64,000 nucleotides of DNA from Candidatus Multivoradales bacterium (GCA_965223155.1 CBDCVR010000015.1:1152001-1216000); one strand, 5' to 3'; positions 38,048 to 48,574 are shown, counted from the first letter of the stretch. A program made the numbers and translations. Notes: generated by a model from the sequence alone, not told the origin.

Positions 38048-39259
38048 GTGCGGATTTTCATTGCTGGAATCGACGGATATCTGGGTTGGCCGCTAGCGCA
38101 GTATCTCTTGGCGCGGGGTCACGAGGTGGCCGGCGCCGACTGCTATTTTCGCCGCAAGTGGGTCGAGGAGATGGAGTCGTGGAGCGCGACTCCCATTCTC
38201 TCGATGCCCGAACGCCTCGAGGCCCTCAAGGAAGCGACGGGCAGGGATCTTTCCTTCTGGGAGGCGGATCTCACCGAGTACTCGACCGTCGAGAGGATCT
38301 TTCGCGACTTCCAGCCGGAAGCGATCGTTCACCTGGGCGAATGTCCGTCCGCTCCGTATTCGATGGTGGACGTCCACCATGCGGTCTGGGTGCAGAACAA
38401 CAACGTTAACTCGACCTTCAATCTGCTCTTCGCGATGCGCGACGTCTGCCCGGAGGCCCATCTGGTCAAGCTGGGCACGATGGGGGAGTACGGAACGCCG
38501 GGGGTCGCGATTCCGGAGGGCTTCTTCGAGATCGAATACCGGGGACGCAAGGATCGGTTGCCGTTTCCCCGCCAGGCCGGATCCTGGTACCACTGGTCGA
38601 AGGTCCACGGCTCGAACAACATCATGTTTGGCTGCAAGATCTACGGGCTGCGGGCGACCGACATCATGCAGGGTGTCGTTTTCGGCACCCGCATCGACGA
38701 GATGGGCGACGACGAGCGCCTCTTGAGCCGGTTGGACTTCGACCAGGCGTTCGGGACCGCGATCAATCGGTTCTGCTGCCAGGCGGTGATCGGACACCCC
38801 TTGACGCCGTTCGGCAAGGGGCATCAGAAGCGGGGCTTCTTGCCGCTCAGAGACTCGATGCAATGCTTGACTCTGGCGATCGAAAACCCGGCCGGAGCCG
38901 GGGAGTACCGGGTCTTCAATCAGTTTCAAGAGGTGTACGACATCACCGAGCTGGCCACCACCGTCCAGCGAGTCGCGGGCGAGCTGGGGCTGGACGTCGA
39001 GGTGCGCAACCTGGTCAATCCACGCAACGAGCTCGAGCAGCACTACTACGAGCCGGATCACCAGCATCTTCTGGACCTCGGCTACCAGCCGTCGGAGGGC
39101 GTCGAGGCCGAAGTCCGGATCATGCTCGCCGACCTCATGAAGTATCGCGAGCGGATCGAAGCCAAGCGCGAATCCCTGATCCCGGACGTCCATTGGGACG
39201 GCAGCCGGGAGAAGGTCTCGTTCGTGGACGAGTCGGCGGCGGCGCTCGCGGGCGAATGA
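38048..39259 (+). CDS. sqdB: UDP-sulfoquinovose synthase (SqdB/SQD1/Agl3 family)
   Basis: GIDGYLGWP, PSAPYSM, HLVKLGTMGEYGTP, GSWYHWSKVH, FGTAINRFC.QA..GHPLT, NPR.E...HYY. Confidence 0.92.
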   Translation: MRIFIAGIDGYLGWPLAQYLLARGHEVAGADCYFRRKWVEEMESWSATPILSMPERLEALKEATGRDLSFWEADLTEYSTVERIFRDFQPEAIVHLGECPSAPYSMVDVHHAVWVQNNNVNSTFNLLFAMRDVCPEAHLVKLGTMGEYGTPGVAIPEGFFEIEYRGRKDRLPFPRQAGSWYHWSKVHGSNNIMFGCKIYGLRATDIMQGVVFGTRIDEMGDDERLLSRLDFDQAFGTAINRFCCQAVIGHPLTPFGKGHQKRGFLPLRDSMQCLTLAIENPAGAGEYRVFNQFQEVYDITELATTVQRVAGELGLDVEVRNLVNPRNELEQHYYEPDHQHLLDLGYQPSEGVEAEVRIMLADLMKYRERIEAKRESLIPDVHWDGSREKVSFVDESAAALAGE

Positions 39260-40236
39260 CGGCAGACGCAACCACCGGGCCGCCGCGTGCGCGCCGGGTG
39301 CTGGTCACCGGCGGCGCGGGCTTCGTCGGGGCCAACGTCGTCCGCAGGTTGGCGGGGAGCTGGCGGGTCACGGTTCTGGACGATCTGTCCGCCGGTTCGT
39401 TGGCCTATCTGGAGGGTCTCGACGTCGAATTCGTCGAGGGCGACGTCCTGGACCGGAGCTTGATCGCCCAACAGGTCGAGGGCCAGGACGCGATCGTTCA
39501 TCTGGCGGCTCAGACCGGCGTGCCGGGCTCGCTCGAAAATCCGGAACGGGACTGCCGGGTCAACGTCTTGGGTACCTTGGGCCTGTTGGATGCTTTGAGG
39601 AACGCGTCTCGCGTGGGTTCGCGGCCGGCACGGTTCGTGTTCGCGTCCTCGAACGCGCCGCTGGGTCGCCAGGAGCCGCCGGCGACCGAGGACAAGGCGC
39701 CGTTACCGGTCTCACCCTACGGCGCCAGCAAGCTGGCGGCCGAGGCCTACTGCCTCGCCTACCATGGCTCGTGGGGACTCGGGACGGTTGCCCTGCGCTT
39801 TGCCAACCTTTACGGTCCCTACTCGTTGCACAAAGAGAGCGTGGTCGCGAAGTTCTTCAAGGACGTCCTGCGGGACGGCTCGATCACGATCGACGGCGAC
39901 GGCGGTCAGACGCGGGACTTCATCTATGTCGAGGATCTGGCGGCGGCCGTCGAATTGGCTCTGGACGCCTCGATCGGAGGTGAGGTGTTTCAGATCGCGA
40001 CCGGGCGCGAAACCTCGATCGCCGAGCTCGCCGGGATGGTGGAAGCCTTGGCGAACCGCTCGGTGGACCGGACGTTCGCCGAAGCGAGACGTGGCGACAT
40101 CCGGCGGAACTACTCGAGCATCGAGAAGGCCCGAGACGTTCTGGGCTGGCAACCCCGGGTAGGATTGGAAGAGGGCTTGGCGCGAACCTGGAGCTGGTTC
40201 CAGGAGGCACTCGAGGCTCGAGACGGTGGCAGCTGA
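39256..40236 (+). CDS. NAD-dependent nucleotide-sugar epimerase/dehydratase (GalE-like)
   Basis: VTGGAGFVG, HLAA, PYGASK (YxxxK), LRFANLYGP, DGGQTRDFIYVED. Confidence 0.93.
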   Translation: MTADATTGPPRARRVLVTGGAGFVGANVVRRLAGSWRVTVLDDLSAGSLAYLEGLDVEFVEGDVLDRSLIAQQVEGQDAIVHLAAQTGVPGSLENPERDCRVNVLGTLGLLDALRNASRVGSRPARFVFASSNAPLGRQEPPATEDKAPLPVSPYGASKLAAEAYCLAYHGSWGLGTVALRFANLYGPYSLHKESVVAKFFKDVLRDGSITIDGDGGQTRDFIYVEDLAAAVELALDASIGGEVFQIATGRETSIAELAGMVEALANRSVDRTFAEARRGDIRRNYSSIEKARDVLGWQPRVGLEEGLARTWSWFQEALEARDGGS

Positions 40237-40254
40237 GCCGACCCAGTAGGGCCG

Positions 40255-41388
40255 TTGCGACTCCTTCAAATCGTCCAGAAGCCTCAGCGGCGCGGCGCCG
40301 AGACGTTCGCGCGCCAGCTGGGCGCGGTACTGCGGCGCGGCGGTCACGAAGTCCGCACGGCGTATCTCGAGCCGTGGCCGGGTGGGTACTCTCTCAGGGA
40401 CGGAGACGTCCTTCTGGGCTCCGAGCCGGCCGGCTTCGAGGAGCGCGTTCCGGGCTTGGGACCGGCGCGCCTGAAACGGCTTCAGGCGTTGACGCGGCGG
40501 TACCAGCCGGACGTGGTGCAAGTCGGCGGTGGCCGAACCGTCAAGTATGGAGTGGCGTTGGGCGTCGTCGCCGGCTCGGCCATGGGAACTTTGGTCTGGC
40601 GCAATATCGGGATGGCCCCGGACTGGGTCCGAGGCGGTCTCCGCAAGGCTGCATACCGACGAGTGCTCTTGCCGCAGGTCGATGGGGTCATTAGCGTCAC
40701 CGAGGCTTCGGCCGAGAGCTTCCGGAAGTTCTACCGCCCGCGGTGCCCTCTCGAGGTCATCCCGACGGGTGTGGACTCGGCGTCTCTTGACACTAGCGGG
40801 CCAGTGGCTTCGGTTCGCGACGAGCTGGCTACGTCCCAGGACGCGAGGGTCGTCCTCTTCGTCGGCAGCCTGGCGCCGGAGAAGCGCGTTGACCGCCTGC
40901 TGCGGATCGCCGCAGCGGCTGCCCAGAGGGTCGAGAACTTGGCTGTTTGGATCGTCGGAGCGGGCCCGTTGGCTGCCGAGCTGGCCGAGCTCGCGAGTGC
41001 ATCAGGCCTCGAGGATCGAGTCACGTTCACGGGGTCACGGCCGGATGTGGGCCGGTTGATGGCGGCCGCCGACGTCCTGGCTCTGACAAGCGATTCCGAA
41101 GGAATCCCTCGCGTCGTCCTCGAGGCCGGGCTCGCCCGGTTGCCGGTTCTGGCTCCCAGGGTCGGGGGAATCGCGGAGTTCGTCGAGCCTGGCGTCTCGG
41201 GAGAGCTCTTCGACCCGTCGGACGAATCCGGGGCCGGGGAGACGCTCGTTGGGCTGCTCCAGGATGCCGGAAGACGCCGGCGCCTGGGCGAGGCGCTACA
41301 CGCGACCGTTGCGACTCAGTTCACCATGGACGTCATCGCCGAGCGCTACCTCGACTTCTACCGCAGGCTGGGAGTGGATCGAGCCTGA
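40255..41388 (+). CDS. Glycosyltransferase family 4
   Basis: RGAE, VGSLAPEKR, SDSEGIP.VVLEA (EX7E). Confidence 0.9.
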   Translation: MRLLQIVQKPQRRGAETFARQLGAVLRRGGHEVRTAYLEPWPGGYSLRDGDVLLGSEPAGFEERVPGLGPARLKRLQALTRRYQPDVVQVGGGRTVKYGVALGVVAGSAMGTLVWRNIGMAPDWVRGGLRKAAYRRVLLPQVDGVISVTEASAESFRKFYRPRCPLEVIPTGVDSASLDTSGPVASVRDELATSQDARVVLFVGSLAPEKRVDRLLRIAAAAAQRVENLAVWIVGAGPLAAELAELASASGLEDRVTFTGSRPDVGRLMAAADVLALTSDSEGIPRVVLEAGLARLPVLAPRVGGIAEFVEPGVSGELFDPSDESGAGETLVGLLQDAGRRRRLGEALHATVATQFTMDVIAERYLDFYRRLGVDRA

Positions 41389-42536
41389 TGAGGGTCGCGT
41401 TCCTGGTCGATGGTCTCTGGGTAGGAGGGGCGGAACGCTCGATCGCCGAGCTTCTTCCCGAGCTTCAGCGCCTCGGGGTGGAGGCTTCTGTTCTCTGCCT
41501 GCGCCGGCGGACCGAAGGGGTCGAGGCCGAGGTTCTGGCTCAGGGTGTCGACGTGATCTTTCTCGAACCAGGGACCTACGTTGCTCAGTCGCGCGAGGTG
41601 GCTCAGGTTCTCCGCCGCCGGCGACCGGACATTCTCCTGTCGTCCCTGTTTCGAGCCAACCTCGTTGCCAGGCTGGCTCGCAGGACCGGCGTGCCCACGC
41701 TCATCGTCAACAGCCTGACGAACTGTGCGTACGAACCAGCGCGATACCGGGACCCCGGCGTCACGGCTTGGCGCCTAGGCGTGGTGCGACGCCTCGACGG
41801 CTGGACGGCGCGGCGATGGGTCGACTATTTCCACGCGGTGTCCGAGGCCGTCAAGGAATCGGCGGTGCGATCGCTGGGGATCGACGCTCGGAGGGTGGGC
41901 GTCGTGCCCAGGGGGCGAAGCCCCGAGCGGTTGGGCCGCCCTAGCCAAGAGCGGAGACTCGCCGCGCGCCAGGCCCTCGACATCGATCCCGAGACGCCCC
42001 TGGTGGTCACGGTCGGCCGCCAGGATTACCAGAAGGACCAGGCGAGCCTGCTGCTGGCCATGGCGCGAGTGCGCCGCCGGTTTCCGGAGGCCCTGCTGGC
42101 CGTCGCCGGACGGCGCGGAAGCATGACCGGGAAGCTCCAGGACTTGCGGAAGAGTCTCGATCTCGAGAGCTCGGTGCGATTCTTGGGGCATGTAGAGAAC
42201 GTACCGGACGTGCTGGCCGCGGCGGATCTGTTCGCATTCCCATCCTTGTACGAGGGGATGCCAGGTGCCGTGCTCGAAGCCATGGCCCTGGGCCTGCCGG
42301 TCGTGGCAACCGACATTGCGCCGGTGCAGGAAGTGGTCGATCCGGGCCGGAACGCCCTCTTGGTGACTCCTGGTGCGGCCGACGAGCTGGCCAGTGCTGT
42401 CGAGCGACTCCTGGCAGACGGCAGCTTGAGGGATGCATTCGGTCAAGCCGGCCGCGATCTGTTTCTGGATCGCTATACCGTGGAACGAAGCGCGGCAGCG
42501 ATGGAAGCTCTGTTTCGCCGGCTTCTCGAGAGCTGA
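41388..42536 (+). CDS. Glycosyltransferase family 4
   Basis: GGAER, VGRQDYQK, PSLYEGMPGAVLEAMA. Confidence 0.92.
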   Translation: MRVAFLVDGLWVGGAERSIAELLPELQRLGVEASVLCLRRRTEGVEAEVLAQGVDVIFLEPGTYVAQSREVAQVLRRRRPDILLSSLFRANLVARLARRTGVPTLIVNSLTNCAYEPARYRDPGVTAWRLGVVRRLDGWTARRWVDYFHAVSEAVKESAVRSLGIDARRVGVVPRGRSPERLGRPSQERRLAARQALDIDPETPLVVTVGRQDYQKDQASLLLAMARVRRRFPEALLAVAGRRGSMTGKLQDLRKSLDLESSVRFLGHVENVPDVLAAADLFAFPSLYEGMPGAVLEAMALGLPVVATDIAPVQEVVDPGRNALLVTPGAADELASAVERLLADGSLRDAFGQAGRDLFLDRYTVERSAAAMEALFRRLLES

Positions 42537-42663
42537 CGAAAGACGCTTCGTCTACGTCCGACAGCGGGGGCGAGCGAGGGCATCGAATGCTAAACTGAAG
42601 GTTCGCGCCTGCGTATCCATCGCGCCACCCATGTCGGGGCAGGGCGGGAGAATCGAGCCGATC

Positions 42664-43839
42664 GTGACGAAGAACTCGGACCAGCAAGGGAAGATTCGCG
42701 TCTTCCACTTGATCAAGGGACTAGGGGTAGGTGGCGCCGAGTCTCTTCTGAGCGAAGGTCTTGCGGTGGCCGACCGCGGGCGCTTCGAATTCGGTTTCGG
42801 GTATTTCCTGCCCTGGAAGGACCAACTGGTCGAAACGCTCGAGAGCCTGGGCGGCGAGGTCACCTGCTTCGATGCTGGAAGCCCCTTGGCGATGGCGCGG
42901 TCGATCCCGAGAGTCGCACGCTTCCTCAAGGACTGGCGTGCCGATCTGGTGCACTGTCACCTGCCATTGAGCGGAGTCGTGGGCCGCTTGGCGGGAGGCC
43001 GGGCCGGTGTCCCCGTGATCTACACCGAGCACAACCTTCAGGAGCGGTATCACCCGGCGACCGCGTGGGCGAACCGGTTGACCTGGCGCCGGCAGACCCG
43101 GGCCCTGGCGGTTTCGGGAGAGGTCGAGGCCTCCATCCAGCGCCATCTTGGCGACCGGGTGCCGGTCGAGCGGGTCCTCAACGGAATCCGGGTCGAAGCC
43201 TTCTCTCGGAACGGCGCGGGACCCGAAACACGGCGCCATCTCGGCATTCCGGATACCGCGCCCGTGGTCGGGACGGTGGCGGTCTTCAGGCGCCAGAAAC
43301 GATTGGACCAGTGGTTCGACGTGGCGGGCCGGTTGGGCTCGACACTCCCGGACCTCCATTTCCTGGTCGTGGGGGACGGACCGTTGCGTGCCGAGGTGGA
43401 AGCGCGGGCCGGCAGGCTTGGCGAGCGCATGCACCTGGTGGGCTTTCGCGACGACGTGGCTCCGTATCTCTCGGCGATGGACGTCTTTCTGATGACTTCG
43501 GAGCACGAGGGGCTGCCGCTGGCGTTGCTCGAGGCGATGGCGTCCGAGCTGGCGGTCGTGGCGACAGGGGTGGGGGGCATTCCCGAGGTCATCGAAGACG
43601 GCCGGTCCGGATTCCTCTCGGCGAGTGCCGAGTCCGCCGTGGACTTGGTGTCCCGGCTGGTCGCCGATCGGGTTCTGCGCGACCGCATCGGCGGCCAGGC
43701 GAGGCGCAGGGTAGCTGAATCGTTCAGCATGGAGCGGATGGCCAGAGCGCTGGAGCGGATCTACCTCGACGTGCTGGCGGACTTTGCGGGACCGGCGGCC
43801 GAGTTTGCCGCGGAGCGGAGCGTCGAGTCGTACTCTTGA
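42664..43839 (+). CDS. Glycosyltransferase family 4
   Basis: GLGVGGAE, YTEHN, SEHEGLPLALLEAMA; start uncertain (42631 or 42664). Confidence 0.9.
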   Translation: MTKNSDQQGKIRVFHLIKGLGVGGAESLLSEGLAVADRGRFEFGFGYFLPWKDQLVETLESLGGEVTCFDAGSPLAMARSIPRVARFLKDWRADLVHCHLPLSGVVGRLAGGRAGVPVIYTEHNLQERYHPATAWANRLTWRRQTRALAVSGEVEASIQRHLGDRVPVERVLNGIRVEAFSRNGAGPETRRHLGIPDTAPVVGTVAVFRRQKRLDQWFDVAGRLGSTLPDLHFLVVGDGPLRAEVEARAGRLGERMHLVGFRDDVAPYLSAMDVFLMTSEHEGLPLALLEAMASELAVVATGVGGIPEVIEDGRSGFLSASAESAVDLVSRLVADRVLRDRIGGQARRRVAESFSMERMARALERIYLDVLADFAGPAAEFAAERSVESYS

Positions 43840-44807
43840 CCGGCGAGTACTCGATTCGCCCGACGAGACCGGACGATACCCAGGCCATCGCCGAGCTCCT
43901 TCGACTGTGCCTCGGCGGGCGCAAGTCGCAGAGCTTTCTGAATTGGAAGCACGGCGCCAATCCTTTCGGATCTTCGCCGGGTCTCGTAGCCGAGGCCGAG
44001 GGGCGGTTGGTCGCGTTTCGCACCTTCTTGCGCTGGCGCTTCGACTTCGGCGGTGCTGCCGTCGATGCCTACCGGCCGGTGGATACCGCCACTCACCCCG
44101 AATGGCGGCGCCGAGGCCTTTTTTCGACCCTGACTCGGCAACTGGTCGCGAGAGTCGAGAGGGAAGGAGCTCACCTCATCTTCAATACTCCTGGCGCGGC
44201 CAGCCGCGATGGGTACCTGGGGCTCGGTTGGCAGAAGATCGGGCGGCCTCCGCTGCTGCTCAAGCCAAGTCCCGGCCGCACGGATCGCGCCGGAGAAGCG
44301 GCGCCGGCGTCTGAGTTTCTTGCGTCGGCCGATGTCGAGAGATTCCTGGCGGGGTGCGATTCGCCGCGGACAGGATCCGGTCGTCTCGTAACGCGAAAGA
44401 GTCGAGAGTTTCTCGCTTGGCGGTACGCTGACGTACCGGGTTTCTTCTACGAAGTACTCTCCTCCTCTGGGACCGATGGCTGCGCCGCGGTGATCGTTCA
44501 TTCCCGGGTTCGGCGCCGGTTCCGCGAGGTCAAGCTCTGTGAGGTCTTGGTAGGCGAAGGTGCGGCGAGCAAGAAACGAGCGATCGAGCTCGCCAGGGGT
44601 CTGGGGCGGCGCCTGCCCGCCGACTATTTCGTGGCCTGTGCCGCGCGCAGCACCCGCGAGCGGTCGATCTACCGCCGCGCCGGCTTCCTGCCGGTTCCTG
44701 CCGGACCGCCGCCGATCCTCGGGCGCCGGCTCGAAGCGACGACCGCCTCGATCTGGACGGGCCTGCGCAAGGCGGGCTGGAGTCTCGGTGATCTCGAGCT
44801 CTTCTAG
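43836..44807 (+). CDS. GNAT-family N-acyltransferase
   Basis: WKH..NPFG, DTATHPEWRRRGLF (GNAT motif A), FNTP...GY..LGW. Confidence 0.8.
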   Translation: MTGEYSIRPTRPDDTQAIAELLRLCLGGRKSQSFLNWKHGANPFGSSPGLVAEAEGRLVAFRTFLRWRFDFGGAAVDAYRPVDTATHPEWRRRGLFSTLTRQLVARVEREGAHLIFNTPGAASRDGYLGLGWQKIGRPPLLLKPSPGRTDRAGEAAPASEFLASADVERFLAGCDSPRTGSGRLVTRKSREFLAWRYADVPGFFYEVLSSSGTDGCAAVIVHSRVRRRFREVKLCEVLVGEGAASKKRAIELARGLGRRLPADYFVACAARSTRERSIYRRAGFLPVPAGPPPILGRRLEATTASIWTGLRKAGWSLGDLELF

Positions 44808-44809
44808 AA

Positions 44810-46030
44810 ATGACCTATAACTTCGTTGGTTTCGCCCTGCTCTCGGTCCTGGCATTCCTCTTCGTGCCCGTACTGGTCAAGCAGTGGCTGCGTATTCCTC
44901 AGGCGATTCTTCTCGGGGCGATCGCGGTTCGCGCTCTGGGGAGCCTGATCCGTTACGAGGTGCTGTATCGATTCTATGGGGGCGTTGGAGACGCGGTGGC
45001 GTACTACTTCGAGGGCCTGGAAGTTGCGCGCAGACTGTGGCGGTTTGATTTGGGGCCGCTGTCTCCCCTCTACTGGTTCGACACAGCGCGTTGGTGGGGA
45101 ACCCCCTTTCTGGAAAAACTGGCCGGCCTGGCTGTCGCGATGTCGGGTCCCTCGATGCGCTCCTCGTTCTTCCTGTTCAGCCTCGCCGCCTTTGCGGGTC
45201 TGGTGATGATGGCGGTGGCGTTTCAGAGATCGATGTCGGTGCCGGCGTCGATTCGATTTGCCACCTTTCTGCTGCTCTGGCCGTCGCTCTGGTTCTGGCC
45301 CGGAAGCATCGGCAAGGAAGCGGTGACGTTTCTGGCGGTGGGGCTGACGACCCTGGGTGCGGTTGGCAAGAGGGAATCCGTGTCCTGGCTGCCGCTGGTG
45401 AGCGGACTCTTGCTGGCCTTTGCCATACGACCGCACGTAGCGGTGGTGCTGGCCTTTGCGCTGGCGGTTCAGCAGTGGACGGTGCGCCGGGAGAGAATCA
45501 ACACGCGGGCCGCGGCCGAGGCGCTGGTCCTCGTGCTGGTCCTGGTCGTGGCATTGGCGGGGATGACGCAGACCTTCGGCTCCGACGAGCGATTCCAGCT
45601 TGGCGACGATGGCAATGTCGTCGATTTCCTGGGGTTCTGGGCCGGTCAGTCGACCGCGGGCGGAAGCCGAATCGCCGTGGCGCCACTGGGACTTGTCGGA
45701 ATCCCGGTGGCCTTTGCCAACATCTGGCTGCGGCCGTTCCCGTGGGAGATCGGCAACCCGATGATGGCCCTTGCGTTTGCCGAGCTCGCCGTGTTTTGGT
45801 GGTTGGTGGCGCGTAACCGGAATGCCGTATGGCTGACGCTCAAGAACTGGCGCCACAGCCGGATCTTGCGGTTTGCGCTGCCGCTGCTCCTGGCGTACAC
45901 GCTCTTGATCGGCTTTACCTTTGGCAATCTCGGGATCATCGCCAGGCAGCGCACCCCGGTCTATCCCTGCATGCTGATGGTGCTCTGCGCTATGCCGCGC
46001 CCGGTGCTCCGGACCGGCTCGCGGCGCTAG
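44810..46030 (+). CDS. Polytopic membrane protein, Wzy/GT-C-like polymerase
   Basis: About 10 hydrophobic segments; GDA..Y, WPSL.FWP.SIGKE, P.PWE, N.G...RQR motifs; last gene of the biosynthetic arm. Confidence 0.65.
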   Translation: MTYNFVGFALLSVLAFLFVPVLVKQWLRIPQAILLGAIAVRALGSLIRYEVLYRFYGGVGDAVAYYFEGLEVARRLWRFDLGPLSPLYWFDTARWWGTPFLEKLAGLAVAMSGPSMRSSFFLFSLAAFAGLVMMAVAFQRSMSVPASIRFATFLLLWPSLWFWPGSIGKEAVTFLAVGLTTLGAVGKRESVSWLPLVSGLLLAFAIRPHVAVVLAFALAVQQWTVRRERINTRAAAEALVLVLVLVVALAGMTQTFGSDERFQLGDDGNVVDFLGFWAGQSTAGGSRIAVAPLGLVGIPVAFANIWLRPFPWEIGNPMMALAFAELAVFWWLVARNRNAVWLTLKNWRHSRILRFALPLLLAYTLLIGFTFGNLGIIARQRTPVYPCMLMVLCAMPRPVLRTGSRR

Positions 46031-46055
46031 TCCGGCTGCTCTCGCTAGGGCTCGG

Positions 46056-47267
46056 CTAGAGAAACCACTCGCGCAGCACGACCGTGTCGCCCGCCTGCAA
46101 GGCGATGTCCGGCCGCTTGCCGGTCCGGATCTTCTTGACGTCGACCCAGAGGGTCTCTTGCTCGCCGCTTGACAGGCGGCGGATGATCGACACCTTGCCC
46201 AGCTTGGCGCGCTCGGTGGGGCCACCGGCCGCGGTGATGGCTTGCAAGACGGAGATACCCTCGGCGCCCAGAAACTCGATGCTTCCGGGGTTGCGCACGG
46301 CACCGGTGACATGCACCGAGAAGACCTTGCTTTCCGGAGCCATCACAATGTCTCCGGGCAAGATGGGGACGTTGAGACCGAGATCTCCTTCGTCGATGAG
46401 TCGAGAGGCGTCGATCTCGAGGCGGCTCTGGGCGCCGCCGGCGTCACGGCGGATGATGACGACCTTGTCCGAGCTCTGGCGGCCGCGGTCCAGTCCGCCG
46501 GCAATGCCCAACACCTCGAGCAAGCTCAGGCTACCCCGGGCTGGATAGATCCCCGGCCGGTTGACGGCCCCCTGGACCGAGATTCCGCCGAGCGCGGTCT
46601 CCTCGACCACGACGAACACCTTGGGATTCTTGAGAAACTGTCCCTCACGCAGCAAGGCGGCGATCCGTTCCTCGGCCTGCTCCGGGGTCAGGCCCGCGAT
46701 GTCGAAACGGCCCAGCAAGGGAAGTGCGATGCGCCCATCGGGAGTGACCCGCGGCTGACCGTCGAGCTCGGATGTGCCGAAAACGTCGACGTTGAGCTTG
46801 TCGCCGGGTCCGATTCGGGCGGTGCCGCCAAGAGCCACCGAGGACGCGGTTTGGAGGTGGAGCTCGACCGAATTCTGGCGGCGCTCGAGACTGAAGAAAG
46901 CAGGTTCTCGAGTCTCGACCGTGACCGTCACCAGGTTTCGCTCTCCGCGCAGGCTGGAAATGGAGATTCTGGAGACGAGGCCGCTCTGGTATTGCTGGTC
47001 GGCCAACCCCTGGGAGAGCAGGGCGTCTTCGAGATCGACTTCCAGTCGCCGGGCGCTGACCGAGCGTGTGCGCCAGTCGACCTGTCGGTCGAGATCGAAG
47101 ACGACGAGGGTGCCGTCCGTGTGCGTGACGCGGCCGACAGCGAGAAGGGTCGGAATCGTCTGAGTTTCGGAACCGACGGGACTCACCGCTTCGGCCTGGG
47201 CCGCCGCCGGTGGGGATGGCGCCAGAAGGAGAAGCACGCCGAGCAGGATTGGAAGAAGTCGTTTCAT
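46056..47267 (-). CDS. Periplasmic OPX (Wza-like) export protein: AMIN-like, Poly_export, 2 SLBB domains
   Basis: Signal peptide; RIGPGDKLNVDVFG, DGRIALPLLG, GAVNRPG, AGG; ends GDTVVLREWFL without an outer-membrane helix. Confidence 0.88.
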   Translation of the reverse strand: MKRLLPILLGVLLLLAPSPPAAAQAEAVSPVGSETQTIPTLLAVGRVTHTDGTLVVFDLDRQVDWRTRSVSARRLEVDLEDALLSQGLADQQYQSGLVSRISISSLRGERNLVTVTVETREPAFFSLERRQNSVELHLQTASSVALGGTARIGPGDKLNVDVFGTSELDGQPRVTPDGRIALPLLGRFDIAGLTPEQAEERIAALLREGQFLKNPKVFVVVEETALGGISVQGAVNRPGIYPARGSLSLLEVLGIAGGLDRGRQSSDKVVIIRRDAGGAQSRLEIDASRLIDEGDLGLNVPILPGDIVMAPESKVFSVHVTGAVRNPGSIEFLGAEGISVLQAITAAGGPTERAKLGKVSIIRRLSSGEQETLWVDVKKIRTGKRPDIALQAGDTVVLREWFL

Positions 47268-47284
47268 GGGGAACCTCGAAGGGG

Positions 47285-48574
47285 TTAGTTGGACACGATC
47301 TCGATGTCGTCCAGATCCAAGCCGAGCCCGAAGTGCAGCGCGTCGACGGTACGGTCGAACTCGGGGAAATTCGAGTCGTAGTCCCGGCGCGAACCCCCCA
47401 GGTTGAGACTGACGCGCCGCAGCTTCATGTTGAAAATCAAGCCGTAGGAGACGAAGTCATCTTCTCGTGGCGAGAATCCGCTCTCCTGGTAGTCGACGAC
47501 TCCGGACTCGCCGAGGACTCGTAGCGAGAGCCGGCTCGAGATTGCCGGAGTGAGCGAAACGCCGAAGGCAGTGGTCAAGTAGTATGGGATCTCTTGATTG
47601 AGAGAGTATCCGAGGCTTCGGCGGCCGAAGAACTGCAACCCCAGATAGGGGCGCGTTTGAATGCCGACCAGAGCTCGACCGAGCGCCTGGGACGTCGTTT
47701 GCTCAGGGAGGGCGTCGAACTCGATCTCGTGAACGGCAAGGTCGAGCGCCAGGCGGAGCCGCTCGTTGGCTTGATCGAAGCGAAAGATCCCGGCAGTACT
47801 GGTGTTGGAGCGATCGAAGCCGGCACCAGGCCGCGAGAAGTCCGACTCGGATTCCTGGATTCCGAGCCCGATATTGGCACCGTGGGTCGTCTGGTAGAGA
47901 AGACCCGCGGCGACGATGCTTTCGTCGCGATCGTGCGCCGCGACGTCGGCCAGGACGTCTTCCTGATCGAAGCCGGTCTCTTGGTAGGTCGCTTCGAGGA
48001 ACAAGCCGAGACCGCCGCGGATGGCGCCGGTCACGCGCAGCTCGGCGCGGTCTTTCCGGGTCGTCACCTGGTCCTCGAATTCCGAGCTGAAGATCTCGCC
48101 GTGCTCTTGAGCGGAGAGGCCGAGCGAGTAGCCGAGGCGCCCGGTCTCGCCGATCAATCGAGTCGCGATGCGGCCGCGGAATCCGCTGCGGGCGCCACCG
48201 TCCTCGAGCCAGGTGTAGCGTGGCAGGACTTCGGTTGTCCAGATGGTCCGTCTGCCCACGGGAAGGTAGCCCTTGAGACCCGCGACCAGCGAGGCCGTGG
48301 GCCGGGTCTTGGTGTCGTAGATGTCGAATCCGTCGCTCGTGGTCTTGCGCTGCCTTGCGGTCGTGCGGACACCGATCTGACGAATCTCGAGCGTTGGACT
48401 GAGAAAGTACCGGCCCAGCTTCCACCGCGCGTTGGAGAGCTCGTTCTCGAACAAGGTGTAGGACGGTGCGGGTTGCTCCCAGACGCCGGGTTCCGCGTGC
48501 CCACCGAATTGGGCGAACGAGGGGATCGCGGTGAGGAGACAGCTACAAGCGAGTACCGTGATTCTGGGTCTCAT
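47285..48574 (-). CDS. Outer-membrane beta-barrel protein (EPS-associated, BBP2/EpsX-like)
   Basis: Signal peptide; alternating amphipathic strands; RDYDSNFPEFDR near the C-terminus; adjacent to OPX. Confidence 0.7.
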   Translation of the reverse strand: MRPRITVLACSCLLTAIPSFAQFGGHAEPGVWEQPAPSYTLFENELSNARWKLGRYFLSPTLEIRQIGVRTTARQRKTTSDGFDIYDTKTRPTASLVAGLKGYLPVGRRTIWTTEVLPRYTWLEDGGARSGFRGRIATRLIGETGRLGYSLGLSAQEHGEIFSSEFEDQVTTRKDRAELRVTGAIRGGLGLFLEATYQETGFDQEDVLADVAAHDRDESIVAAGLLYQTTHGANIGLGIQESESDFSRPGAGFDRSNTSTAGIFRFDQANERLRLALDLAVHEIEFDALPEQTTSQALGRALVGIQTRPYLGLQFFGRRSLGYSLNQEIPYYLTTAFGVSLTPAISSRLSLRVLGESGVVDYQESGFSPREDDFVSYGLIFNMKLRRVSLNLGGSRRDYDSNFPEFDRTVDALHFGLGLDLDDIEIVSN

